Assembly: GCA_049520815.1 (NCBI GenBank)
Contig: JBEKPL010000003.1
Location: forward strand, 1-62,636
Length of the DNA: 62,636 bases
Direction of reading: 5' to 3'
Source: Candidatus Limnocylindrales bacterium
GTDB lineage: Bacteria > Chloroflexota > Limnocylindria > Limnocylindrales > CSP1-4
A model generated the notes under the pieces. The model had not been told where the DNA came from. It saw only the letters and a program-made list of their open reading frames with translations, and searched no databases. Both the position numbers and the translations under genes were made by a program. The stretch's first letter is position 1; every line of letters begins with the position of its first letter. Positions 1 through 9,651 of the stretch are shown here, piece after piece.

Positions 1-551
1 GTGGTATGGCCCAGCAGGCCCCGCTGACCCTCCTCGGACGCCTCCAGGGGCACGACCATGGCCGTGCGCGACACCTGGATCTCCCGCGCGGCCGGCCGAA
101 AGCCGGATCCACGGAGAGCGCCGGCGAGGACGCTCCCCTCCTCCCACGCCGGGTCGATCGTCAGGGACGCCGCGTGGCGTGCCCTGGCGATGAGGCGCAG
201 GCCCTCCAGGGCGGCCGCGACGGCAGTGGGACCGGTGTCGAGGAGGACCGGCCCTCGCGGCGCGTACTGGACCGACAAGCGGCCCAGCGGCCCGAGCCGC
301 CGTCGCAGAGCGGAGCGCTCTTGAATGGAGACGACCGCAATCGGTCGACCGGACAGCTCGATCACGTAGCGGAGAGGCGTCCATCCCAGGCCGCGCTTGA
401 GCTCGCCCCAAGCGTGACACTGAAACGCCTCACCCTGCTCGCTGCGCACGGCCAGCTCGTCCCAGGCCGCCGGTGCAGTGCCGGTTGCGTCGACGATCCT
501 GACCGCTCGCGCGACGTCGGCCCGCGCCGACCGGCTCGTAGCCAAGCTCAA
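1..551 (-). CDS. FemAB-family peptidoglycan interpeptide-bridge aminoacyltransferase, N-terminal part (CDS runs off the left edge)
   Basis: Absent from the ORF track because it is open at the window edge. My translation of the minus strand from TTG at 551 (GGAGGAG 3 nt upstream) gives LSLATSRSARADVARAVRIVDATGTAPAAWDELAVRSEQGEAFQCHAWGELKRGLGWTPLRYVIELSGRPIAVVSIQER... The F-Q-x-x-W-G-E-x-K-x-x-x-G-W segment is typical of FemAB/FemX N-termini. Confidence 0.5.
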   Translation of the reverse strand, partial: MSLATSRSARADVARAVRIVDATGTAPAAWDELAVRSEQGEAFQCHAWGELKRGLGWTPLRYVIELSGRPIAVVSIQERSALRRRLGPLGRLSVQYAPRGPVLLDTGPTAVAAALEGLRLIARARHAASLTIDPAWEEGSVLAGALRGSGFRPAAREIQVSRTAMVVPLEASEEGQRGLLGHT

Positions 552-637
552 TGACTCCTCCGTGTCGCGACGGTCGCTGTGGGCGTTGCCATCGGCTGCG
601 ATTGTCGCACCAGCGCGAGCGACTCTGCCGGTCCACC

Positions 638-3091
638 TCAGAGCGAGATGATCGTGGCCCCTTCCCCGCCCTCGCCGTGACCGCCGGGCCGCCACGACTT
701 GACGAGCGGATGGGCGGCTGCGTGATCTCTCACCGAGTCGCGGAGAGCGCCGGTCCCCACGCCGTGGATGACCGTCACTTGATCCAGGCTGGCCAGAGCG
801 GCGTCGTCGAGATAGCGGTCCAGCACCTCCAGCGCTTCCTGTACGGTCGCGCCACGAAGGTCGAGAGAGGATGCCACGGTTCGAGCCCGCTCCAGCTGCA
901 GCCGTGACGCCGAGCTGGAGGTGGCTCGCGGTGCGGACCGAGAGTCCGAGCCAACGCCGGCCCCGAGTCCGATCGTGTCTCCGTCGCCGCCCGACGCCGG
1001 TTCCAGGTCCTTCACGGCCAGAGTGATGCGCATTCCACCGGCTTCCAGGGTGGCCCGCCGCCCGTTCCTGTCGAGTGCCGCGATCCGCCCCTCGGTGCCG
1101 GTAGTCTGGCTCCGGGCACGCATCCCGACGCGCCAGGAAACCGGGACGGCAGCTGTCCGGACCGGTTCGCGTTCCGGAGCCGGTAGCCGCTCCAGCTGCG
1201 TACGCGCTCGCTCCAGGTCCTCGTCCAGACTGCGCTGAGTGACCGTCTCGCGTTCGAGCTTGCGTCGGATGCCGCGGACCTCGGCCCGAATCTCGTCGAC
1301 CATTCGCTCGGCTTCGTCGCGGGCCGTTCTCACGGCTTCGTCCCGCTCTCGGCGCGCCCTGCGACGCTCGTCCTCCGCCGCAGCCTGGGCCGTCCTGGCA
1401 CGCTCCTCGGCGGTCCTGGCTGCCGTCAGGGCCTCCGCCGCTTCCGCCTGCGTCGCCTTTATCGAGGCGAGGGTCTGCTCGAATGTCTGTTGCTCCTCGG
1501 TCAGCCGGGAGCGGGCATCGGCGACGATCGGGGTGGGCAGCCCGAGCCGTTCGGCAATCGCGAAGGCCTGGCTGCGGCCCGGCAGCCCGATCGTGAGCTT
1601 GAACGTAGGCCGTAGCGTCTCCACATCGAACTCCACCGAGGCGTTGCGGGCCGCCGGCGTCGTGTGGGCGTAGAGCTTCAGCTCGGCGTAGTGGGTCGTT
1701 GCGGCCACGAGGGCACCGGATCGGATGAAGTAGTCGAGCAAGGCCTGCGCCAGCGCCGAGCCCTCCGTCGGATCCGTCCCCGCGCCCAGCTCGTCGAGGA
1801 GGATCAGCTTGTTCGGCCCCGCCGCCTCGACGATGCGGACGATGGAGCGCATGTGCCCACTGAAGGTAGACAGGGACTGGGCCACGGACTGCTCGTCGCC
1901 GATGTCGGCATAGACGTCGGCCAGCACGGGCAGGCGCGTCCCGACGTCGGCCGGCACGTGTAGACCGGACTGGTGCATGAGGCCGAGCAGGCCGAGCGTG
2001 CGCAGGGCGACCGTCTTGCCGCCGGTGTTCGGCCCGGTGATGAGCAGCGCCGAGAACTCGCCGCCGAGCCGGATGTCGATCGGCACCACTCGACCGGCGA
2101 GACCGGGATGGCGAGCGCCCAGGAGGACGATCTCGGGCCGGTCGGCGATCTCCGCGCAGATCGCGTCCATCTCCTCGGCCAGGCGCGCCTTCGCCGCCCA
2201 AAAGTCGAAGCGGGCGAGAGCATCAAGCGTCTCGCGCAGGGGGCCGGCCTGTCCCGCGACAAGGTACGAAAGCTCGTCGAGGATGCGCTCCACTTCGGCT
2301 GCCTCGGCCAGCTGGGCCTCGCGCCAGGCGTTGCCGAGCTCCACGGCAACGATCGGCTCCACGAACAGGGTCTGACCGCTGCCGGAGGCGTCGTGAACGA
2401 TGCCCTTGACTCGGCTGCGCGCGTCGGCCCGGATCGGTATCACATAGCGGCCGCCGCGGAGCGTGATTATCGGCTCCTGAAGAGATCCGGCCAGCTCGCC
2501 GGAGTGAATGAACTGATCCAGACGGCTGCGCAGGCGCTCGTAGGCAACCCTGACAGCCCGGCGGAGGCCGCCAAGGCGGGGAGAGGCGGTGTCGAGCAAC
2601 TCTCCCGCGGGATCGAAGCTTCGCCCGAGGACGCTCCGCAGGCTGGGGAGGGCGTGGATCTCGCGGGCGAGGTCGCGCAAGATGGGCTTCCGATCGCCAC
2701 TCAGCGCCTCGACCAGTCGCGAGGCCCCCTCGAGAGTGGCGGCGATGTCGAGGAAATGCGCAGGATCCAGACGACCACCTCGGGCCGCGCGGTCGATCCA
2801 GGGGCCGATGTCCTTGCTGCCGCCGATGCCGGCCCCGGGGTTCCCGGCCACGAAAGCCCGCATCTGCGTCGTCTCTTCCAGCCCCCGAGATACCACCACC
2901 GGGTCACGGGACGGCTCGAGGGCCTCCGCCAGGCGACGTCCGGGCGGGAAACCGGCGGCAGCCGCCAGTCGGGCGCGTATCAGGGGGAACTCCAGGATTG
3001 CCAGCGAGCGTCGATCGAGACCCCCGCTTGCCGTGGAGGCTGGGACGGGATCTCGCGGTCCGGCCGCTGCATCTAGATCGTGGGCGGTCAT
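638..3091 (-). CDS. mutS2: Endonuclease MutS2 (MutS domain V ATPase with C-terminal Smr domain)
   Basis: Walker A GPNTGGKTVALRTLGL, TTHYAELK, long coiled-coil region and a C-terminal Smr-like LDLRGATVQEALEVLDRYL...VIHGVGTGALR. I moved the start from the ORF-track 3181 to ATG 3091 (MTAHDLD), which gives an ATGA overlap with the mpg stop. Confidence 0.9.
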   Translation of the reverse strand: MTAHDLDAAAGPRDPVPASTASGGLDRRSLAILEFPLIRARLAAAAGFPPGRRLAEALEPSRDPVVVSRGLEETTQMRAFVAGNPGAGIGGSKDIGPWIDRAARGGRLDPAHFLDIAATLEGASRLVEALSGDRKPILRDLAREIHALPSLRSVLGRSFDPAGELLDTASPRLGGLRRAVRVAYERLRSRLDQFIHSGELAGSLQEPIITLRGGRYVIPIRADARSRVKGIVHDASGSGQTLFVEPIVAVELGNAWREAQLAEAAEVERILDELSYLVAGQAGPLRETLDALARFDFWAAKARLAEEMDAICAEIADRPEIVLLGARHPGLAGRVVPIDIRLGGEFSALLITGPNTGGKTVALRTLGLLGLMHQSGLHVPADVGTRLPVLADVYADIGDEQSVAQSLSTFSGHMRSIVRIVEAAGPNKLILLDELGAGTDPTEGSALAQALLDYFIRSGALVAATTHYAELKLYAHTTPAARNASVEFDVETLRPTFKLTIGLPGRSQAFAIAERLGLPTPIVADARSRLTEEQQTFEQTLASIKATQAEAAEALTAARTAEERARTAQAAAEDERRRARRERDEAVRTARDEAERMVDEIRAEVRGIRRKLERETVTQRSLDEDLERARTQLERLPAPEREPVRTAAVPVSWRVGMRARSQTTGTEGRIAALDRNGRRATLEAGGMRITLAVKDLEPASGGDGDTIGLGAGVGSDSRSAPRATSSSASRLQLERARTVASSLDLRGATVQEALEVLDRYLDDAALASLDQVTVIHGVGTGALRDSVRDHAAAHPLVKSWRPGGHGEGGEGATIISL

Positions 3092-3792
3092 GCGTTCGAC
3101 GGTCTCGGTCGAGATTGGCGCGAAGCGTTGGAGACGGCCGAGTTGCCCGGAACGTAGAACCGCCACGGACGGCCGTGCCATGGCTCCGGCACCGTGCCCA
3201 TGCCGATGCGCGGGCCCGATTCGACGGGGAGCGGCTTGTCCTCCCGCGCCACCTCAAGCCTGAGATCGGACGACGCATCGCAGAGGTCGACCTCGTTGTC
3301 GCGTCGGGTGACGGAGAACGCCTGGCATAGCAGGCCCGGTCCGGAGGCCAAGGCACTCTCGGCGAGCGCGGCAACGCGGCTGCGAGCTCGCGCCAGTCGC
3401 TCGTCAGCCGCTCGAGGGAACCTCGAATCGAGCCAGTCGAGTCTGGCCTGACGCATCCGGTCCGCATTGGCGAACGGTTCGACCGCCCGGAGTAGCAAGG
3501 CCGCCGGGCGTCCGTCGGGTTCTGTCACGACGTTCAAGCAGTGGTGCATCCCGTAGGTAAGGTACACGTAGGCTCTTCCGGGGAGGCCGAACATGGCCGC
3601 GTTGCGTGCGGTTCGGCCGGAATGGGCGTGCGATGCCAGGTCCTCACGGCCGACATAGGCCTCTACCTCGACTATTCGGCCGACGCGCGCGTCCGGACCA
3701 GTGCCCCTCACCAGACGCATTCCTATCAGGGCGCGGGCAGCCTCGAGCGTGTTCCGGGTGAGAAGGTCGCGGCTGAGCGGGCGGCCGGTCAC
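3088..3792 (-). CDS. mpg: DNA-3-methyladenine glycosylase (MPG/AAG family)
   Basis: TLEAARALIGMRLVR...IVEVEAYVGREDLASHAHSGRTARNAAMFGLPGRAYVYLTYGMHHCLNVV matches the MPG-family core. GTG start at 3792. Confidence 0.85.
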   Translation of the reverse strand: MTGRPLSRDLLTRNTLEAARALIGMRLVRGTGPDARVGRIVEVEAYVGREDLASHAHSGRTARNAAMFGLPGRAYVYLTYGMHHCLNVVTEPDGRPAALLLRAVEPFANADRMRQARLDWLDSRFPRAADERLARARSRVAALAESALASGPGLLCQAFSVTRRDNEVDLCDASSDLRLEVAREDKPLPVESGPRIGMGTVPEPWHGRPWRFYVPGNSAVSNASRQSRPRPSNA

Positions 3793-3853
3793 GGCGAGAC
3801 TCGGGCGGCGACGCCTGCCGGGTGGGGGAGATTCGCGGACGGCGGCGGATGGC

Positions 3854-4429
3854 TCAGGGGAAGGTCGCCACCAGATCGGGCGGCAGAAGGATGGACAGGG
3901 CGTGGACGAACGGCGGCACGATCACGTCCTTCACGCCACCGGCGATGGCAGATTGGTGGACTATCAGGTTCTGCGCCTGGCGCAGCTGATCTACGTCGCC
4001 GGATTGCGGCGGCGGCAGTATGTAGGAGTTGAGGATGATCACCGCGATGATCAGCAGAAGCAAGCCTTGAAGGAGGCCGAGCAGGCCGCCGACGATGTCG
4101 TCCACGACCGGGTGCGCGGCGTATATTTCCGTGCGCTTGTAGAGCCCCTGGATGAGGATCGACGAAGCGACTGCCCCGACGCAGAAGACGACGGTGAAGG
4201 CCAGCAGGTGGTCGTACCCAGGCGAGAACTGGGTCCAGTTCTGCGCCAGAAAGTCCCCGACAGGGGCTCTCAGATTGGCGGCCATGAGAAACGCGAACAG
4301 GATGGAGATGATCCCCAGGATCCGGCGGATCGAGCCCTGCATCACCCCGAGGATGAAGAAGAGGAACAGGCCGAGGAAGATGGCCAGGTCGACCAGCGGC
4401 GCGCCCCTGATGGTGCCGATGATGTCCAT
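3854..4429 (-). CDS. CvpA-family integral membrane protein
   Basis: 191 aa with four hydrophobic segments. The N-terminus LVDLAIFLGLFLFFILGVMQGSIRRILGIISILFAF is CvpA-like. GGAGGA sits 5 nt before the ATG. Confidence 0.65.
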   Translation of the reverse strand: MDIIGTIRGAPLVDLAIFLGLFLFFILGVMQGSIRRILGIISILFAFLMAANLRAPVGDFLAQNWTQFSPGYDHLLAFTVVFCVGAVASSILIQGLYKRTEIYAAHPVVDDIVGGLLGLLQGLLLLIIAVIILNSYILPPPQSGDVDQLRQAQNLIVHQSAIAGGVKDVIVPPFVHALSILLPPDLVATFP

Positions 4430-4555
4430 CGAATCCTCCGCCTTTCGCGCCCGTCGCCCTGGTAGTCGCTTCGGAAGAACCGGAGCTAGGGTAGCAGCGC
4501 CACCCTCGGCCGTTCAACGTGGCAAGGGTACTCGGCCGATAGCTCGCCGTTCGGA

Positions 4556-7057
4556 TCAGGTCCGCAGATGCGCGCCCAAATCCGACTCGAGGCCGGTCCG
4601 GACTCCGGCCACGGCCGCGTCCACCTCTGCCTCCGTCAGGGTCCGGTCCTGCGCTCCCAGGATGAGACGATACGCCAGGCTCTTCTCCGTAGTGGCGAGT
4701 GGCGCGCCGCGATAGAGGTCGAACAGGCGAAGACCGCGCAGGAGGGAGCCTCCGTGACGCCGGATCGTGGCCTCGACTTCGGCCGCGCTGCGGCCTTCGG
4801 CCACGATGACGGCGAGATCGCGTTCGACCTCGGGGAAGCGCGGTATCGGCTGGACGTGGACGCGGGCAGGAGCGGCCGCCTCCAGAGCGCCGGTGGCGAG
4901 CTCGGCGACGATTACCCGCTCGGCTCGCAGATCCCATTTCGCCAGAACGTCCGGGTGGATCTCGGCCATCCGGCCGGAGAGCCCCTCCCCTTCCCCTTCC
5001 GCTCGGACCACCAGGGCGCGACCCGGATGGAATGGGAGGCCACGCGCATCCGGCACGTACGAGGGCGCCGGGAGCCCCAGCCGGTGGCACAACAGCTCGA
5101 CGATCCCCCGGGCGTCATCCAGATCGAAGTGAGGGGCCGCGCGATTCCACGATGCGGGTTCCGCGGCACCCGACAGGAGCAGGGCGAGGCGGGTCCACTC
5201 GCGGGGCTCATCCCCCACGCGCGCGTAGCCCTTACCAATCTCGAAGACGGCGACATCGGGGCGCCCCTGACGCTCGTTCAGGGACAGCACGTCGACCAGG
5301 CCGGCCGCGAGATGCTGCCTGAGAACCGAATGCTGGGCCGAGAGTGGATTCGTCACGACGATCTCGTCGCCTGACGGGGCCGCCAGGTTTCCCAGCAGCG
5401 CGGGTTCACTCGTGTCCTCCGGCCAGAGCAGCCGGGCCTCGCTGAGGGACGAGACCAGGGCGTGAGTGACGACCTCCGTCAGACCGGCGCCCGCGAGGGT
5501 CTCGCGGATCATGTCCCGAACCTTCAGCGGCGAGGGTCTGTATGCCGGCATGAGGGTGTCCGGCAGGTGAGCCGGAGTGGTCTCGTAGCCACGGACGCGC
5601 GCGATCTCCTCGGCCACGTCCGCTTCGATCGTCAGGTCGCGGCGCCAGCTCGGTACCGTCGCGATCAGAACCGCGTCCTCGCCCGCCGGAACCGACAGGG
5701 GCCTGGGATCGACGGCGACCTGGATGTGCTGCGCCGTTGCCGTCTCCTCCGTCTCGATTCCAACTCGTCGCAGCAGTGCTCGCTGCTCCGCCGCCGGGAC
5801 CTCCGCCCCCAGGAGCTTGCTCACCCGGCGGGGCCGGAACGCCAGTCCGGCCGGCTCGGGCTCTGCCGGCGCCGTGTCGACTCGACCCCGGGCCACCGAG
5901 CCTCCGGCCCAGGCGAGGGTGAGCTGGGCGACGCGATCGGCTCCGATCCGGGCCAGCCGGAACTCCTGGCCCTTTTCGAAGCGCAGGCTTGCCTCAGAGC
6001 GAAGCCCGTAGTGATGCCCGGTGCGGCGAATGCTGACCGGGTCGAAGATGGCCGATTCGATCGCGATCTCCGTCGTGGCGGGGGTGATCTCGCTGTCGGC
6101 GCCGCCCATTACCCCGGCGATCCCGATAGGCCCTCTGGGGTCGGCGATGATCAGGGTTTCCGGGGTCAGCTCTCGGTCGACGTGGTCGAGGGTCTCCAGC
6201 CGCTCACCGGGGAGGGCGCGCCGGACGATGATCGTGCCGTCGTGGACCGCGGAGCCATCGAAGGTGTGAGTGGGCTTGCCGAGCTCGAGCATGACGTAGT
6301 TGGACGCGTCCACGACGTTGCTGACGGGCCGCATGCCCGCCGCCTGGAGCCGCATCTGGACCCAGTCCGGCGAGGGACCGATCTTTGCGCCGCTGACCCA
6401 GCGACCGACGAAGCGGGTGCACAGGTCCGGCTCACGAATCTCGACCTTCAGCTTGTCCGACACGGGGCCGCCGGTTTCCTCGACCGCGATCTCCGGCCAC
6501 CGGATGGCGGTCTCTGTAGCGGCAGCGACCTCCCGCGCCAGACCGATCAGACACAAGGCGTCGCCACGGTTCGGCTTGACGTCGACGTCCAGGACGACGT
6601 CCCCGTAGAGCTCGGAGAGCTGCCGGCCCAGCGGCGTGGCAGAAGGCAGGATCAGGATTCCTTCGGCATCGGTGGTGATGCGCAGCTCGTCGCCGGAGCA
6701 GAGCATCCCCTCGGACGCGATGCCCATCTTCTCGGTTCGCTCGATGCGCCGGTCGCCGGGGAGGACGGCTCCCGGGAGGGCCACCGGGACGCGCTGGCCG
6801 GGGGCGATGTTGTGCGCGCCGCAAACGATGTGGAGAGGCTCGCCCGAGCCGATATTGACGGTCGTCAGGTGCAACCGATCGGCATAGGGATGCTTCTCGA
6901 CCGTCAGCAGCTCGCCGACGACGACGGACCGCCAGTCGGCGCCCCACTGCTCGATCCCCTGGACCTCCATGCCCAGCAGCGTCAGGCGTTCGGCGAGCCG
7001 TTCCGGCGTCAGCTGAACATCGACGTACTCGCGCAGCCAGGTCAGCGGGACTCTCAT
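4556..7057 (-). CDS. pheT: Phenylalanine--tRNA ligase beta subunit
   Basis: MRVPLTWLREYVDVQLTPERLAERLTLLGMEV..., tRNA-binding, B3/4, B5 and FDX-ACB regions. The true ATG at 7057 overlaps the pheS stop (ATGA). The ORF-track N-terminal 185 aa are Arg/Pro junk lying inside pheS. Confidence 0.95.
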   Translation of the reverse strand: MRVPLTWLREYVDVQLTPERLAERLTLLGMEVQGIEQWGADWRSVVVGELLTVEKHPYADRLHLTTVNIGSGEPLHIVCGAHNIAPGQRVPVALPGAVLPGDRRIERTEKMGIASEGMLCSGDELRITTDAEGILILPSATPLGRQLSELYGDVVLDVDVKPNRGDALCLIGLAREVAAATETAIRWPEIAVEETGGPVSDKLKVEIREPDLCTRFVGRWVSGAKIGPSPDWVQMRLQAAGMRPVSNVVDASNYVMLELGKPTHTFDGSAVHDGTIIVRRALPGERLETLDHVDRELTPETLIIADPRGPIGIAGVMGGADSEITPATTEIAIESAIFDPVSIRRTGHHYGLRSEASLRFEKGQEFRLARIGADRVAQLTLAWAGGSVARGRVDTAPAEPEPAGLAFRPRRVSKLLGAEVPAAEQRALLRRVGIETEETATAQHIQVAVDPRPLSVPAGEDAVLIATVPSWRRDLTIEADVAEEIARVRGYETTPAHLPDTLMPAYRPSPLKVRDMIRETLAGAGLTEVVTHALVSSLSEARLLWPEDTSEPALLGNLAAPSGDEIVVTNPLSAQHSVLRQHLAAGLVDVLSLNERQGRPDVAVFEIGKGYARVGDEPREWTRLALLLSGAAEPASWNRAAPHFDLDDARGIVELLCHRLGLPAPSYVPDARGLPFHPGRALVVRAEGEGEGLSGRMAEIHPDVLAKWDLRAERVIVAELATGALEAAAPARVHVQPIPRFPEVERDLAVIVAEGRSAAEVEATIRRHGGSLLRGLRLFDLYRGAPLATTEKSLAYRLILGAQDRTLTEAEVDAAVAGVRTGLESDLGAHLRT

Positions 7058-8091
7058 CGGAACTGCTCCAGGAAGCGCAGATCGTTCTCGAGGTAGTAGC
7101 GCAGGTCGGGCACGGCGTGGCGCAGGTTGGCGATGCGCTCCACCCCCATTCCGAAGGCGAAGCCCTGATAGCGCTCGGGATCGATGCCGCCGTACTGGAG
7201 CACGACCGGATGGACCATGCCGGCTCCCAGGATGGTCATCCAGCCAGTCCTGGAGCAGGCCGGGCAGCCTACGCCGCCGCAGACGACGCACTCGACGTCG
7301 AAGGCGACCGAGGGCTCGGTGAACGGGTAGTAGCCGGGCCGGAAGCGCGTCCTCCGCGGCCCGAACAGCGCGTGGGCGAACTCGTCCAGGAGGCCTTTGA
7401 GATCCGCCATGGAGGTTCCCTCGTCGACCATGAGCCCCTCGACCTGGAAGAACTCGAAGCCGTGACTGGCATCCACCGCCTCGTAACGGAAGCAGCGGCC
7501 CGGCAGGAGGGCGCGGATCGGGGGTTTCGTCGACTGCATAACGCGGATCTGGCCCGGGCTGGTGTGGGTCCGCAACAGATGCCCCGGAATGTCCAGGTAG
7601 AGCGTGTCCCACAAGTCCCGGGCCGGATGGTCGGGGGGGATGTTGAGCATCTGGAAGTTGGTCAGGTCGTCCTCGACCTCGGGCCCCTCGTAGACGACGA
7701 AGCCGAATTGACCGAAGACCTCCGCGATGGCGGAGATGGTCTCGGGGATAGGATGGAGGGTGCCTCGCGCGACCGTTCGTCCGGGAAGGGTGACGTCGAC
7801 GCTCTCCGCAGCCAGGCGCAGCGTCTCGACCTGGGTGCGCAGCTCCGCTCCCCGATCCGCCAGCGCCGCCCTGACGGCTTCGCTTACCTGATTGGCGATG
7901 GCCCCCACGCGTGGGCGGTCCTCCGCCGGCAGTGCTCCGATGCCGCGCAGCACCGTGGTGATCTCGCCCTTCTTGCTCAGATACCGCATCTGCAGCAGCT
8001 CGAGCGAGGCAGGGTCTGGCGCCGCGGAGACCTCGCGCAGGGCCCGTTGCTGCAGGGCCCGGAGATCCTCGCTCAGCGTATCGAAATCCAC
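7054..8091 (-). CDS. pheS: Phenylalanine--tRNA ligase alpha subunit
   Basis: Class II motifs: HPARDLWDTLY, FRYEAVDASHGFEFFQVEGL, GFAFGMGVERIA. GTG start. Confidence 0.95.
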   Translation of the reverse strand: MDFDTLSEDLRALQQRALREVSAAPDPASLELLQMRYLSKKGEITTVLRGIGALPAEDRPRVGAIANQVSEAVRAALADRGAELRTQVETLRLAAESVDVTLPGRTVARGTLHPIPETISAIAEVFGQFGFVVYEGPEVEDDLTNFQMLNIPPDHPARDLWDTLYLDIPGHLLRTHTSPGQIRVMQSTKPPIRALLPGRCFRYEAVDASHGFEFFQVEGLMVDEGTSMADLKGLLDEFAHALFGPRRTRFRPGYYPFTEPSVAFDVECVVCGGVGCPACSRTGWMTILGAGMVHPVVLQYGGIDPERYQGFAFGMGVERIANLRHAVPDLRYYLENDLRFLEQFR

Positions 8092-8149
8092 GCCACGGTT
8101 CCTCTACTGGTGCGGGTCCCCGCCCGCCGTTTCGTCCGCTGTGAATCTA

Positions 8150-8200
8150 GAACCCTCGACCGTGCGCGTCCGATCGGACGTGCAGACGATTCGAGGGTTC
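8150..8200 (-). terminator. Nested stem-loop between rplT and pheS (terminator or attenuator-like, no U-tract)
   Basis: Outer 10-bp stem GAACCCTCGA/TCGAGGGTTC encloses the perfect 14-nt palindrome CGTCCGATCGGACG. It lies 90 nt downstream of the rplT stop and 59 nt upstream of the pheS GTG. Confidence 0.35.
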
Positions 8201-8289
8201 GTGCTAGCGCCCCGCTTCCCTGCGCTGCGCGCCGGCCGGCTTGCGCCCGTCGGTACGAGGGATCTCGACCGTCGCCGGTCGCCCGTGTG

Positions 8290-8640
8290 CTAGGCCTTGC
8301 CGGCGATTGCGGCGACCTGGGCGAAGGCGGCCTGGTCGCGCACGGCAAGGTCCGCAAGGATCTTGCGATCGAGCTCGATCCCGGCGGCCTTCAGGCCGGC
8401 GATGAACTTGCCGTACGAAAGCCCGTTCAGCCGAGCAGCGGCGTTGATGCGGATGATCCAAAGCTGGCGCATCTGGCGCTTGCGCTGCTTGCGGTCTCTC
8501 GTCGCGTAGGCCAGCGAATGGAGCTCCGACTCATGCGCTCGCCTGATGAGGCGCGAGTTGGTGCCTTCGCGGCCCTCTGCGTTCTTGAGAAGGCGCTTGT
8601 GACGGCGATGGGCGGTGACGCCCCGCTTGACGCGTGTCAT
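8290..8640 (-). CDS. rplT: 50S ribosomal protein L20
   Basis: [23 protein letters not shown]...[41 protein letters not shown]. Confidence 0.97.
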   Translation of the reverse strand: MTRVKRGVTAHRRHKRLLKNAEGREGTNSRLIRRAHESELHSLAYATRDRKQRKRQMRQLWIIRINAAARLNGLSYGKFIAGLKAAGIELDRKILADLAVRDQAAFAQVAAIAGKA

Positions 8641-8646
8641 CGACGA

Positions 8647-8850
8647 TCAGGCTCCCAGGTACGGTAGCAGCCGGCGGACCTGGTCGAGCGATTCCCCGGT
8701 CACGACCGCCTTGCCCGCATAGCGGCGAGTTCGTCGCGACGACTTGAGTTCGAGGTGGTGGCCGCGCCATGACTTGACGCGAACCGCCTTGCCACCGCCG
8801 GTGACCCCGATCCGCTTCTGGGTCCCCTTGTGGCTCTTCATCTTCGGCAC
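8647..8850 (-). CDS. rpmI: 50S ribosomal protein L35
   Basis: GTG-initiated (V)PKMKSHKGTQKRIGVTGGGKAVRVKSWRGHHLELKSSRRTRR, 67 aa. The longer ORF-track version 8647..9102 overlaps infC and was rejected. Confidence 0.93.
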   Translation of the reverse strand: MPKMKSHKGTQKRIGVTGGGKAVRVKSWRGHHLELKSSRRTRRYAGKAVVTGESLDQVRRLLPYLGA

Positions 8851-8857
8851 GTCGGTA

Positions 8858-9541
8858 TCACACTCCAGTCGACGCCGGGCCGGTGTCCGGCTCGGGTCTC
8901 GGTGCGGCCGGCGGAGCCGGCGGCAACACGTTCGTATCGCTTGGTGCGGCCCCCTCTTCGGGTGCCGTCTGGTCAACCGTTCTGGCGTGACTCCTTGCCG
9001 CGGCCGCAGGAGTCGGCCCGTGCTGCTTCGGCTTGTGGGTAGAGGCGACGCTGATGTGCATCGACTTGCCCTCGAGCAGCGGAGGCCGCTCGACCACGCC
9101 ATGCTCTTTGATCTGTTCCGCGAACTTGTCCAGCAGATCGCGCCCGATCTGTGGGTGGGTCAGTTCTCTTCCTCGGAACTGAACTGAGATCTTGACGCGA
9201 TCTCCGTCCTCCAGGAACTCGATTGCCCGCCTGACCTTCGTGTCGAAGTCACCGACGCCGATCTTGGGCTTGAGCCTTACTTCCTTGAAGGTGACCGAGC
9301 GCTGCTTTCGCTTTGCTTCCTTCTCGCGTTTGGTCAGTTCGTACTTGTACTGACCGAAGTCGAGAAGGCGCGCCACAGGGGGGCTGGCCAGCGGTGCAAC
9401 CTCCACCAGGTCGAGTCCCCTCTCCTGCGCAAGCCGCAGGGCGTCGGCCGTTCGCATGACACCCAGCTGGCTACCGTCTTCATCGACGACCCGGACATCG
9501 AAGACGCGGATCATCTGATTGGTGCGCAGGTCTCGGCTAAT
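8858..9541 (-). CDS. infC: Translation initiation factor IF-3, ATT start codon, about 55-aa Pro/Ala-rich C-terminal tail
   Basis: Nine in-frame codons upstream of ORF-track Met 9514 read ATT AGC CGA GAC CTG CGC ACC AAT CAG (ISRDLRTNQ-MIRVFDVRVVDEDG), the conserved IF-3 N-terminus. GAAGGGG lies 7 nt upstream of the ATT. An AUU start is the classical infC autoregulatory feature. Confidence 0.88.
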   Translation of the reverse strand: MSRDLRTNQMIRVFDVRVVDEDGSQLGVMRTADALRLAQERGLDLVEVAPLASPPVARLLDFGQYKYELTKREKEAKRKQRSVTFKEVRLKPKIGVGDFDTKVRRAIEFLEDGDRVKISVQFRGRELTHPQIGRDLLDKFAEQIKEHGVVERPPLLEGKSMHISVASTHKPKQHGPTPAAAARSHARTVDQTAPEEGAAPSDTNVLPPAPPAAPRPEPDTGPASTGV

Positions 9542-9651
9542 GGCGGACCCCTTCTAGGCGTTTGGACCCTGCCGGCGATTCGGGACCGTCGGCCCGAATG
9601 CAGACGAGCGGCCCAACCGGCGCACAACTGCGCCGGGCGGTCGCCCGCGGG

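Noticed and set aside
6-554. 182-aa plus-strand ORF at the left edge
   Set aside because: The translation is Arg/Gly-rich junk. The opposite strand encodes a sensible FemAB-like N-terminus with its own SD. That CDS is missing from the ORF track only because it runs off the window.
7058-7612. N-terminal 185-aa extension of the pheT ORF, and analogous extensions of cbiO (to 24996), dcd (to 31196), nadK (to 54303), the 147-aa protein (to 28470) and the anti-sigma gene (to 39415)
   Set aside because: The extensions overlap the upstream genes, are compositionally junk, and precede canonical conserved N-termini. Those N-termini start at ATGs that form ATGA overlaps with the upstream stop codons.
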